Below are positions 1-11,650 of a stretch of DNA of 64,000 nt, piece after piece. This DNA is from Selaginella moellendorffii (Eukaryota > Plantae > Lycopodiophyta). The notes under the pieces were generated by a model, which was given only the letters and a program-made list of their open reading frames with translations, did no database searches and had not been told where the DNA came from. The DNA lies in the NCBI RefSeq assembly GCF_000143415.4, contig NW_003314338.1:506202-570201 (forward strand). The letters are read 5' to 3'. The first letter of the stretch is position 1. Each line of letters begins with the position of its first letter. The position numbers and the translations under genes are program-made.

Positions 1-1264
1 ATGTTGAGCGGGATATCGGTGGTACCAACTCAAGCGGTTCGCGGTCTTCACTCTGAAGAAACGGGTCCATGAGTAGCTCTCTTGCTGGGAGCCTTTTGGA
101 GACAGTCGCCAGGCATTTCTCAATAAAAGCTCGGACTTCCAGATCCTTCACTCTGTCAAGTGCAGCTGGCTTCTTCCCCTGATGAAACAGCGGTCAAGTC
201 AAATGTTAATTTAGTGCTAACACGAGGACTTACGGAGGTCACTTTCTTATATATCTGTGCTGCATTCGTACATTCGCTGTAGGGATACTCGAAAGTGACC
301 ATCTCCAACAAGCACATTCCAAACGAGTAAATGTCCACTAGCTCATTATATTCTTCTTCATACAGCTCAGGAGCCATAAACTCAGGTGTTCCTGTAACAA
401 AAAACGCTGCTATTTAAAAGACCGTAACACCGGAGCTTACCAATGACACTGTGTGCTGCGTGCGCCTGTCGCAAGATAGCTGCAAGCCCAAGGTCTCCAA
501 TCTTCACTTCCCCCTGGTTCCCATTCACAAAGATATTGTCGCACTTTAAATCCCTGTGAATAATAGGAGGATTATGACTGTGAAGATAGAGCAAGCCGCG
601 TAGTATTTGCTTTGCCCAATTCTTGACCGCTCTCATGTCGACATGCTTGTGCTTCTTGCGATACCTTCACACAAAAGACGATCACATGAGCTTCAAGAAA
701 GAATTACTAGATATCAAAACATACTGTCGCAAAGTGCCAGACGTGAAAATCTCCGTGATGAAGTTGACATTCTTCGTCTTGGTATCAACCCACGAGTTGT
801 AGAGCTTGATGATGTTCTTGTGCTTCAAGGATTTGAGAAGATGAACCTCGGAGTAGAGACGCTCCAAATCCTCGGGGCTTTGCAGCACATCTTCCACCTT
901 AACTTGGTTCCACGCCACCTCAATCCCGTCAACTTCATCGAAAGCCCTGTATCTGCGGAAACAAAGACAATTAAACAGAAACAAAACCTCTCTAAGTACC
1001 AAGAAGAAGCAAAAGGTCTTTTTTGTTAAGCTAACTTACACAGTCTTAAACGCTCCCTTCCCAAGAATTTCATTATACTGCACACGCCAGACAAAAACCT
1101 TTAAAAAGCTACCAGAGAGATTTTAAGCGATCAAAGCTTACCCGACCATAGCGCCCTGTTGGATCACGCTCCACAAACTCGGCTTCCTCGTCCTCCCCTT
1201 CCTTGCCAGATTTTGATTCGTTGCGAGCTTCTTGCGGATGATCCTCTGGTTTCTTATCCGTCAT
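1..1264 (-). CDS. WNK: WNK (With-No-Lysine) Ser/Thr kinase, multi-exon, 3' part runs off the window edge
   Basis: Spliced translation MTDKKPED...[12 protein letters not shown] / LGKGAFKTV / [18 protein letters not shown] / [28 protein letters not shown] / [25 protein letters not shown] at 1264, short GT-AG introns. Confidence 0.95.
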
Positions 1265-1832
1265 CTCGTCTTGCTAGCAACTAACCCTAGGACACAAACC
1301 CTAGCACCCGGAAGAACCTGGAAGAAACGAGCCCGGATCAGCCAGATCGAATGCCGATGCGCGATCGGCAGCGCGATAATCCGCCGATCCAAGCACAAGG
1401 CCAGGGACCGGGCTACTCTCGTTCATCTCGCGAAATGGCGCGCATCCCGCCGGCGAAATCTTTGATCTTGATCTTCCCGCGGCGATGGAGAGGAGAAAGA
1501 GGGAAGAGGAGGAGGCGATCGCGAATTACGCGGCGGTGGATCTAGAGGTATCCAAGAGAATGCCGGGTCCGCCAAGCGCCGCTCCATGCTGCTGCTCCTC
1601 CTCGCCCAGACCTAAGCTGCGGCGTGAGTGCCATGAATCACGTCCACGTTTTTTGCCCCGGGAAGGGAATCGAACCCGTGACCCGGCTATGAAAAAGAGA
1701 CAAAAGGCTAGCGGGTAATAAGTAACTTTATCTCTTTACCGGCTTTATCCCGGCAAGTTGACACTTTCTTCGCGATTTGCATGTTCTTCATGCTGGCTCG
1801 AGTATATCTATATCGAAAATGGAGAGATTTCT

Positions 1833-4180
1833 TTAGTTCCCGGGAGTGTTTAAAGTTACCTCTTTTCTCCACATTTTCTGGAAGATCTCGTCGTCAACAA
1901 TCGCAGTGGCGGACTCGTAGCTCAGGCAGCGTTTCGAGAAAGCACTCAAGGCACGCTTATCTTTGGCGCTGGATTTCTACATAAGACAAAGAGAAATGTG
2001 TGTGTGAGAGAGAGAGAATTTGAGTGGTTAACCACTTACGAAAGACTTCTTCTTGCGTATGATCTCCGCAACGTAGTGTATCCACACGCTGTTATTCTTT
2101 GGGAAACTACAATCAAAACGCAATCACTTCGCTGTCGATCAGAATCGTTAAACACTTGCCTGCCTTCCCATTGTCCGCCTGTTATATCTTTCATTCTTCT
2201 ATACGTGTCAGCCTGCAAAATAAAAAGAATCAAGAAATGAATAACAGTGAACTTCCTGTTGCCTACCTGGACGTCTCCCTTTGGTCCTTCAAACCACGAC
2301 GGATCTGACAAGTCACAGAATACGACTTGCTTTCCTGGGACAAAAATGAAGAAATGAAAGTCATTGTCATTGTCAAGAAAGAAGACCGCATGACTGAAGG
2401 AACGTACCTGTGTCAATGCGGGATAAAGTAAAATCTATCAATGCCACTGATAACCCGTGCGTATTCACAAGAAAATGCCTGTTTTCTAATCTGAAGTCAA
2501 GCTGCTCGTGTTGATCCCTGGACAAGACAATGTTGCCCCTGCACTACAAAAATTAGACACAACTTAAGAGAATAAACTCCTCGTACCAGTGCAAGTCCCG
2601 ATGCTCGAAACCATATGCCTGCTCCGCAACTGCAAGCGAGAGAACAACCTGCGACAGAGTTATTGCTTGTTTGCTTGAGAAGCGAAGCTCACATACCTGT
2701 AGTAATAGGCTTTTAACTTCCTCATAGTTGAGGAGCTCAAAGCTTTCCAAGTCCGTGCCTCCGTCAGCAAGGACAAAGACAACATAAAGCTGACACAGAT
2801 GCCAATAGATTTAATATCCAAGCCTTGAAGTGCGACCAAACCTGTTCTTCCGGAAACGCCAATGGCTGATCGTTTTCAGAATTATGTTGTGTGTCCCACT
2901 TCTTCCACGCACGCACCAAGTTCTTATCGTATCTTCCCTTGCAAATTCGCGTCCTGTTGGAACATTAAGGATAAGAAAAAGCTCAAGTTCATCATGAAGA
3001 TCCAGAACTCACGCTTTTGTTTCAACGAACGAGGTGCAATGATAAGGAGAGCTTTTCTTTCGAAGCCAGTTCAGAGTGTTTGACAACAGCACCTCGCTGT
3101 AGATTTCAGTGGAAGTCTGCTCATACTGTAGAGATCGGAAGCCATTCGTAACGAAAACAAATATTCACCTTTTGAGTTTCGCCATTGACTTTAAAACTCC
3201 CGTCCATGGGAACGACTTTGAAAACATTCCCATTGCCTTTGTAAGCCTCTCCAAACGTCCCTTCTCCTATCTTCACTATTGTTTTCAGATCACTTAGCAC
3301 AGATAAAACGAGTTAGTCCGGACAAAAAATAACCGAAAGTACCCACCAAAACTCTGAAAATCCTTGTGAAAGGCTGACAATACTTTCCTGGTCCGACTCG
3401 TGTAGCAGGATGTCTATCATCGACATTGTGGGAAGCTCTGCAACTGGTTTCGAAATGCTTAAGCATTCCAGGTCCGATATAAGAGCGTCCATGGGCCTTG
3501 GTTTCAACACACCACGGACGGGAGGTGTTCTTAAGGCAGCGCTCAAAAGATCCTCTGGACTCGCAAAAATCTCCTCCGGAACAGCTTCCAAATGTCCATC
3601 CCTCGCAGGAAGAAAGCACGTACTGCCTTCGAAAATTGATCTCCGAGTAAAAGTTTTGGGAGAAGGACTCTCCTCCTGGAGCTCGAACGCATCCACTTCG
3701 GCAAAATGTGCTTGCTTCTCTCGAACAAAAGTGGCTGGAGGTTTCGAAGGAACCACCCTTCTCTGGGATCCATGAAAAAACTCAGGAACTCTCAAAACCT
3801 GGAAAAACCCAACGACTTACTTTCATCTGGGCCGAAAAACGTTGCAGCGCACAAGGTATCTTATGGTGCGCAAAATCCTTTTGAAAGACCACGCTTGTTC
3901 GTCTTGAAGAATCCAATCCACGAGTAAAGATAAAAGAAGAACACCGGAAAATCTCACCTGGAAGAAAGACAGCGATCGATCCAGCTCTTGGTATGCGTTG
4001 TCGTCCTCTTCCCCTCATCGGCGGCGCCTCCATCCCTGGCCTTGCCCCGCCGCTTAAAAACAGCAGCTGGCTTCTTCCTCTCCACTCCCGCGAAATCCCC
4101 ATCTGGCCGATGGATCAAGATCACAAGAACACTAGCAGCGGGGAAAAGAACACACCTGGGAACAGCGCCTCTTCCGCCAT
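1833..4180 (-). CDS. Haspin: Haspin-like Ser/Thr kinase, multi-exon
   Basis: Exons give KIGEGTFGEAYKGNGNVFKVVPMDGSFKVNGETQK, YGFEHRDLHW, DPSWFEGPKGDVQ, ADTYRRMKDITGGQW, matching plant haspin. Start MAEEALFP at 4180 and stop TAA at 1833 are inferred. Confidence 0.9.
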
Positions 4181-4407
4181 GTCCAAGCTCTGCTTCTCCA
4201 TTGCTAGGGCTCAAGCATTTCGAATATTGGGCGGGAAAGGGTTTAGGGCAATTAGGGCATACACGTGGACAGAAAATGGCATAAAGAGTATCGGGAATCT
4301 TTGCTGGATTAGTGTTCTTTGCGTGGGCTGTTTTCTAGGTGATGACAATAAAAAGGTCTTGGACGATGTTTCTCTGAGCTATTCTCCTCTAGAATTTGGG
4401 ATCGTTC

Positions 4408-5544
4408 ATGGGTCTTCCAAATTTCAATTTGCTATTGCTGATTATCAATGAGAATGTGTTGATCATATTTGCTAGTAAGTCTTCACTTGTGTTTTCCTTT
4501 TGATTAAATCTATGCGTTGCAGCTTTTAGTGCTGTGTGCTTGAAAGACTACACCAAAGCAGGAGTTTTAGTTTCTTTGTTCTTGCTTGGAAACTGGATCA
4601 TAGCTTGGTCTGAGGCGAATAACAAAGATCATGTAAGAATTCCCAATCTCTTCATTTGATTTTACATACGCTTGCCCAACAGATCAACATCTCCAATGAT
4701 CTAGAATCCGCATCATTTGTGAAAACCACAAGCTCGTCTCGTACCAAGATAGAATCTCATAACAACAAATCTGGCCAGACAGTCACAACAATGGTCACCG
4801 AAGAAACAAAGCTCTTCAAGCGATCACCGATTATAGACTTCTTTGCAAAATATCATACCCCAGGTTAGAAAACATTCTAAGAACATCACGAAATCATTGA
4901 TATTAAAGAAAATCACTATTGTGCGTGCCTGTGCAGCCATGATCTTAGCTACAGCACTGGTCCCTCTCGTGCTGGACACGAGCAATAAAAAACACTGGCT
5001 TTACTCGTCGCTCGTCGTAAGCCCATGCGCTCTTGTGATCTCTAGCACAGTCACAACCTCTGTTGCTAAAGCCCGAGCTGCGCAATTGGGTCTTGTGATC
5101 CAGGGCGATGCTGGCTGCCTCACGGCTCTTGCAAGGCTCAAGATCCAGAAGGAGAAACTCCGGGAGGTATTGAGCAACAAGGGCGAGATTACTGTGACAT
5201 GTGAGGATGGCGATGGCAGCAGCGAGCATGCGCGGCCAAGTCTCGAGCCCGACGAAGTTGCCATGCTCACATCGGCAGCTTGGATTGGGAGAGAGTATGT
5301 TGCGGCAGTCTCTTCTTGCAATCTCTTCTTGCTCGTCACAAAGATGCTCGTCACGGGGTTTGTGGTCGCTGGCTACATTCCAGCGCTTGGGGCAGTGGCC
5401 CTCATTGTAGATCTTGGAGCTTGCACGGCGGTGGCTTTGAGAGGATTTGTCACACTCTTGTTGGTCGAGGAGAAGGGAGCTTCTCGACGAGATCTGGAAG
5501 AGCGGGAACAAGGTGAATGGGATTTGATGACTCCGTTGCTTTAG
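4408..5544 (+). CDS. Membrane-domain-only derivative of an HMA2/HMA4-type P1B heavy-metal ATPase, copy 1 (about 321 aa; exons 4408-4474, 4523-4632, 4683-4863, 4937-5544)
   Basis: GT-AG introns join an open frame: INENVLIIFA / TFSAVCLKDYTKAGVLVSLFLLGNW / PIIDFFAKYHTP / AMILATALVPLVL...HWLYSSLVVSPCALVISS...RAAQLGLVIQG...VTKMLVTGFVVAGY...VDLGACTAVAL. These align by eye with the HMA2/4 TM segments. No TGE, DKTGT or GDGxND motif. Confidence 0.75.
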
Positions 5545-5779
5545 AATTCTCCAAATTGAAAGCTGTACGATATGGTGATGAGAATAGTGTATATGCACAT
5601 AGATGTGTTTACAAAATCTATATATATATATAAAGCGATAAGGCCCACTAGCTGTTGGATCCCAGGCCTGGGCCAAGGTCAGTAGCCATGGTTTTTGTAA
5701 AAAATTTATGGATGTTTGCACTGGCCAATCGGAAGTTGGCACAGTTTGGCTAATGATTGGCTGGTGCAAAAAAGAGAGA

Positions 5780-6100
5780 AATGTGACATATGTTACATTA
5801 TCTCCCCTCGACTCAAGGCAATTCATGGTGGACCTCCCTTGCTTCAAGGTGCTTGCATTGCATTGGGCTATGCCATACCTTCAGATCTCCTGGAAAAACT
5901 TTTAACCCTACTCAATCTATTTTATGGCATTGCACACCATGATAACAAAGAGGAATGTAAATCCATTTGGCTTAGTGTCCTCCTCTAGCAGCTTACCAAA
6001 GATCTCCACTACCTTGGCTACATTGCCTTTGTGGCTATAGCTTGCTATCATTGTGTTCCACAAAACCATGTCCTTGGATATCATAGGAAATGTGCTGAGT
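5780..6100 (-). pseudogene. PLS-type PPR gene fragment with in-frame stops
   Basis: Minus-strand translation KDMVLWNTMIASYSHKGNVAKVVEIFGKLLEEDTKPNGFTFLFVIMVCNAIK*IE*G*KFFQEI*RYGI. Confidence 0.8.
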
Positions 6101-6139
6101 AGTGGCTATAATTCCATACTTGCCATAAGCATTTGTGAT

Positions 6140-6622
6140 TATAGTGTATATAATCATGGGATGAGATTTAATTATTATAGATCTTTGGAATCTTAAGGAA
6201 TAAATGAGGACAAAATAACCATTAAATGCTCTTTCAACCTTTTTTCCAGTTGATTTAAAAGGGGAAAGAGATAAAATGCACTATATATAGAGCAAATTGA
6301 TTAGTGATTATTTAAAATATAATATACCTTTGAGTAAAATATATTCCTACCCCTAAATTTGAAATCATACATTCATACATATGTCTTTCCTTTTGTGGTG
6401 CATCCATGAATAAAAATATTCACTGTGGGACTGCAGTACGAATGGATGAGTAATTGCCTTATATGGAATAACCAGTTTACATAATAGAAAGATTGGTAAA
6501 TTCAATGTAGAAATAGCCATTGACATCTCTCAAGAGGGGGTTATAATTATGGGAACCTTAGGGAATAAATAGGGATAAAATAACTATTAATAACCTCCTT
6601 TTTAGTTTGTTTAAAAGGTGTT
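6140..6622 (+). mobile_element. Old, AT-shifted copy of the TRIM found at 9522-10176
   Basis: LTR-like 6140-6285 (atcatgggatgagattt...aaggggaaagagataaaatgcactata) and internal sequence (cctacccctaaatttgaaatc, tgtgggactgcagtacg) match the reverse complement of the young TRIM. The second LTR is degraded and cut at about 6622. Confidence 0.75.
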
Positions 6623-7171
6623 TATAGTGCATATGGTTTTTACCCTTTATCCTATGGTGATTAGGAACTCAAGTTTTAGGGCTTTGGGCCACTAAACGAA
6701 GGAATGGTGCCAAACTCCCAAGCATAGAGCCAAGGAACAATGGCATTAGAGCATGGAATGACTCCTAAGCATACAACCCAAGGAGCGAAGGAATAGGAGC
6801 ATGAAACAACTTAAAACAATTCTAGAGCATTTAACATCTCAATGCCATGACCAATAGAGCCAAACGAAATCTAGTGCTATTTCAACATACCAATATCCTA
6901 ACACGAGGACATGGGTACTCCACCAGCTAGCATGGTGTGGAGCTTGGGCTTAGACCCAAGCCTCCTTTAGTATTAGGAGTTAGTCTCTAGAACAAGCTTG
7001 AAACTTACTAATTATGGAATAGTGCTAGATTGTGAATTTGGATATGGGACAAATACCATTGTGTTCAAGACAATCTTTACATTCCGTAAATATGCCAAAT
7101 AAGAAAATCTAGAAACTTTCCATAAATAGCAATTGGGATCAAAATGAGACTAACACAAAGGACATGATAGC

Positions 7172-7866
7172 GATGATACAAAGGCACATACTTTGGGAAT
7201 GCAAAAGCACACAAGATGTGTGGAGAAGCACATGTTAGTTGCTGCAACAGCATTCCCAAAGACAAATGTGCCTCACGTATGAAGCAGCAATATGGGGCAA
7301 AGCTACCACAGGAATGTGAAATGGAACAGACTCTTGGAAATGGTCCTCAATAGGGGAAGTGGTACTGTGGTTTGACTAGCTCAACATGAAGAGAACAGAC
7401 ACAGAAGGAGTTCCCTTAGAGATAGTGGACCTATTGTGAGGAATTACGTTGTGGGAAGTGTGGAAAGCCTGGTGCAACAGAATTTTTAACGATACAGAAG
7501 GACCAAAGGTGGTGTTATCACAATTGTGGACTAGAATGATCATTGTAGTAGCAGCCCATGTCCTACAACTGGAAAAGAGAGGAGGGTGAAATGGTCTAGA
7601 AAAAGAGAGAAAGGAAGCACAGATTTGGCATTTCTTGTGGAAGCAAGGGGAAGCAGGTACTCGAGAGTGGATGTGGGCACCACCAGACGAATGGTTCCGA
7701 GTGACACATCTAGGCAGACCTTCGGGTTTTAGTTCACGAGCAACCCCCCTCTCTGTAGGTACTTCCATTGTAGGATCTCCTAAATAAGGCTTTTTGCTAG
7801 TTTTGTGCTTAATGAAACCATGCCTAGTTTTTTGGTGTTTTGCTAGAAAATAAAAGGCTCTGTTTA
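7172..7866 (+). mobile_element. 5'-truncated L1-type LINE (ORF2 C-terminus, decayed) inserted in an LTR
   Basis: Translation HILWECKSTQDVWR (zf-RVT) and ITLWEVWKAWCNRIFND, with stops. 17-bp TSD acaaaggacatgatagc at 7155-7171 and 7867-7883. The empty site is visible in LTR copies near 14540 and 44870. Confidence 0.85.
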
Positions 7867-9521
7867 ACAAAGGACATGATAGCAAGGGTGTTTGGTAGAT
7901 ACGGTAGACTATCATTCAACAATATTGAGAGACTAATCTCAATACACAAGAGTTCTTGTCATTAGCCAGTGAAAGACATAATGAAATGGGAACTTTTTAC
8001 TGGGCTAAGTATGCTTAGCTAATAACACATAAGAATTCTGTCTTTATGCTTGTTCGGTCTAAGTACATTCAAAATGCCTAGTTAACTCCACTAGCATAAA
8101 AAGGACTGATAAAGGATCTAGCAATACCGACCTTTTGCCGTTTTGGCAGTAAGGAAAGAGTGTCTGTAAAGATTGATTGACAGGTAACTTTCGATACCCG
8201 AAGTCACATTTGTGACACTCTTCCCCTCTTAGGGAAGATTGATGTCCTCATCGATGCATACTCTAGTTTAGATCACTGCCAAGGAAACAACTCTAGAAAA
8301 AGTTCATGGTGATCACACTATGTGAGAAATGCACCAACTTAAATGATTTACGAGGCAACCTCTTTGTCTAACACGGATGTGTTACCAGCTCAGACACATT
8401 CTAGCTGTTGCTGACAAGGAACTGACCAATGGAGTTAGCCACCCTTGCTACTCTGGTTGTCACCCAACTTATAAAAGTGTGATACGCCCCTGCCTGCATG
8501 TGGTATAGAGAGAGAAGCCAAAGACCTCAACCCTCCTAAGCAAAGAAACCAAACTTGTCGATAAGGTTTATAAATAGGTAGTTAGAGTTCTTTACACGGT
8601 CACGCCTTTTTAACGGAATAAGAAACATCGACAGAAAGATGGATTATGTGACCAGTTGACTGTAGCTACCCCATGACAAGAGATTTCACCATGCATATGA
8701 AGGGCAGAAGCCAATTTACCTATACTGGCCTAAATTTAAACATCAATAGATGGACAATACCAAAGACATAGACAATGATATCTTAGAGACTTAAGTATCA
8801 GTGATTAAATCTTATATTAGAACACAAAAGTATTCCAAAGAAGTTATTATCTGATAAACTAGTAGTAGAGTATAGGGACCACCAAGATTAGCATGTTTGG
8901 AAAACATAGGATTCATCATCCAACAAATTTCAATAACAAGTATACCATCAATTACATTTGATTGTAAAACTTAACTACCAAAGATTGTAAATAGTATGCT
9001 AAACAACTTCCGAAAGACAACTCAAAAAGCACAAAGTATTATCAATTGGCAAGCAAAATGCTCACAAATGTATCACTCGAAGGAAATAACATCTAATCTA
9101 TCAGAACCAACTATAGCAATAATCAACAGAACAGAATAAATGTTGCAAGACCAACAAATATAGCATTCATGCTAGCTATCATATTAGCCAATTTAAATAC
9201 ATCCCAGTCATAATATGAAAGAACTCAAGTTACTTAAGCAAGTGTTAGCAACATCTTAGCGATGTCTCGAACTCAAGAGACCAATCCAGAACAAATCACA
9301 AAGAACATGTGGTAATGTGAAAAGCCATAAGCCATCTGTAAGACACAAATCCCTAAGCCCCAAAGTGGAGTCAAAAGGGTGCCACGTGGTAGTGGCCGAA
9401 GTGAAAGCCAAACGAGCGTAACACGTTTAGACTAAAAACTCCAACTTGAGGAGTCCAAGATGGAGTCCGAGATGGACCCAAAATGGAGTCTAAGGTGAAC
9501 CGAGATAGAGTCCAAGATGGA

Positions 9522-10176
9522 TGTAGCGCACCTTATCTCTCTCCCCTTAAGCCAACTGGAAAAGGGGCAATTGCTTGATGAGAGAGCCCTTAGTGGCTAT
9601 TTTTTCCCCATTTATCTCCCAAGGGTCCAAGGATCCACGGTGACAGTATATCCAAATCTCATTCCATGATCACATGCGCTACACTCACCCCCCCTTCAGA
9701 GATGTCAATGTCCTCATTGACTATTGACTAACAACCCTTACTGAGCCAAGGGGAACCAGCACCTCCATTTTGGAAGGATTGGTAGACCAGCTATTCCATG
9801 TGAGGCAATTAGTCATCCACCCGTACCGCAGTCCCACGGTGGATACCTTCGTCTGTGGATACTTCACACAAGAGGAAGGACGTACGCATGGATGCCTAAT
9901 ACGTACGATTTCAAATTTAAGGGTAGGAATATACCTTGCTCAAGGGTATATTATACTTTTAAGTAGCCACTAATCAATGGGAATCGAACCCGTGCCATTT
10001 GCTCCGATACCAACTGTAGCGCACCTTATCTCTCTCCCCTTAAGCCAACTGGAAAAGGGGCAATTGCTTGATGAGAGAGCCCTTAGTGGCTATTTTTTCC
10101 CCATTTATCTCCCAAGGTTCCAAGGATCCACGGTGACAGTATATCCAAATCTCATCCCATGATCACATGCGCTACA
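9522..10176 (-). mobile_element. Intact young TRIM (terminal-repeat retrotransposon in miniature), 655 bp
   Basis: 162-bp LTRs at 9522-9683 and 10015-10176 (two differences seen) with tgtagcgca...tgcgctaca termini. TSD atgga. PBS TGGTATCGGAGC (iMet type) at 10001-10012 on the minus strand. PPT at about 9684-9698. No coding region. Confidence 0.95.
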
Positions 10177-10435
10177 ATGGACCCAAGATGGAGTTCAAGA
10201 TGGACTGAGATGGAGTCCGAGATGGAGTCCAAGATGGAGTCTGAGATGGACCCGAGATGGAATTCGAGATGGAGTCCGAAAAGGACCCGGGATGGAGTCC
10301 GAAGTCAAGACCGGGACCAAGACTGAGACTAAGACCGAGGCCAAGGCCAAGGCTAAGACCGAGCCCAAGCCCGAGTCCGAGTCCGAGTCCGAGTCCAAGT
10401 CCAAGTCCGAGTCCGAGTCCAAGTTCGAGTCTGAG
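10177..10435. repeat. Degenerate 12-bp (gatggagtccga) and 6-bp (gagtcc/aagacc) tandem array inside LTR family B; it continues at 9445-9521 on the other side of the TRIM
   Basis: Directly visible periodicity. A homologous array lies at about 16150-16320. Confidence 0.9.
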
Positions 10436-11650
10436 AGGGTGAAAGCCCAAAGCGTTCGTCTCCTAGACCCTAGGGGGTTTGGTGAGCTCTAAAAGTATAG
10501 TAGGGGGAAAACTCCAGTGGAGCCAGTTTGGTCAGAAAAGGCTAGTTTGGCCTAAGAAGGTTGTACCCAGGTGTTAGGTGACGGGATAACCACTAGGAGG
10601 TCCAAGGTTAGAGTGAATACAGACTAACGAGTGGGGTAGTTTGATGAAGTGTTCGAAAGTCAGCTCTAGTTCCCTCGGGAGATCGAATGGCCGATACTCC
10701 CAATCCAAGTATGGGTGGCACTACCTACTTGGATACCTAGTATGGCTCAACGGATCCTCACTCTAAGCCCATGGCTAGAGCACCTAAAGGCAGAAGGTGG
10801 GGAGAGTACCCATAGGGTTCGTGTAGAGCTATGGTATTCCCAAATGTTGTCCCGAAGTCCCAAACTGGGGAAAGGAGGAGGAGCAATCCTCTAGTGTAGT
10901 GACTAAGGATACAATCACATGGTGAGGAAGTCCTTGAGGACAATGGGACTTAGTGGCCGGGCTTGCAGGCCTTAATCTAGTGACAGTGTTGGTGAACATG
11001 GCCATGGACAGAAAAGGGACTTGGTAGGAACTAACAAAGGGATTTTGGGGAAGGTTATTCCCACGTCTGTGGGCATGCTAAAGTTGCTAAGGAGTGGATC
11101 GGGGATGACCACTCATGAATAATGGCCCAGTCTTGGAGAGATGGGACTGTGATGCAAGTGGTATTGGACCACCAATGCGGCAAAAGTGAATGAGCATGGC
11201 CTTAACGTAACGGGCCGATATGTCAGTAATACCTTTGGGTGTCGGTTATAGAATTGGACACGTGGAGCACTTGGGCCAAGTGCAAGCGGGGATGCCATTC
11301 TTGGGGCTAGCACGCCTAAATCTAGAATAAGACTTATGGAGGTTGTGAGTGAGACTCCTCCAAGACTCCTCCACGTGTCCTCATTGGAGGAATGACTAAA
11401 GTAGAATGGAAAAATTAGTCACTTACACCATCAAAGATGCCAACCACCCAACATTAATTAAATATACTTTACCAAACAACTTTTGGAATACTTCTAAAAA
11501 CTTAAAGCTAATTACTTTTAAGGCTTAGGGCATACACGTGATAGAAAATGGCATAAAGAGTATCATGTTCTGTTTCCTACGATGTTTCTATAGAACTTTG
11601 GTCATGTTCCCTAGGCTATTCTCCTCTAGAATTTGGGAAATTGTTCATTC

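Larger units (their letters stand above)
9337..11427. mobile_element. Solo LTR, family B (about 1.43 kb excluding the nested TRIM)
   Basis: Termini TGTAAG...CTTACA form an inverted repeat. 5-bp TSD ccatc at 9332-9336 and 11428-11432. A related degenerate copy lies at about 15961-16500. Confidence 0.85.
6623..11460 (-). mobile_element. Truncated Gypsy-type LTR element, family A: LTR 6623-8217 plus 3' internal region, carrying nested insertions
   Basis: LTR is homologous to 44084-45132 and ends ...tcacatttgtgaca, followed by a reverse-complement PPT (ctcttcccctctt) and gatgtcctc. Internal 8218-9336 matches 38880-40220 and resumes after 11432. Confidence 0.8.

Noticed and set aside
4945-5847. 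300-aa minus-strand ORF (and the 197-aa ORF at 12252-12845)
   Set aside because: Antisense shadow of HMA-derived exon 4 running into the PPR relic; the 5' part is not conserved between the duplicates.
7376-7915. 179-aa minus-strand ORF
   Set aside because: Antisense to the LINE ORF2 remnant, whose motifs are on the plus strand.
10172-10492. ORFs with (LG)n, (SP)n, (ES)n and (SD)n repeats; the array superficially resembles a CRISPR or structural-protein gene
   Set aside because: They are translations of a 6/12-bp tandem array inside an LTR. There are no unique spacers and no cas genes, and the context is eukaryotic.
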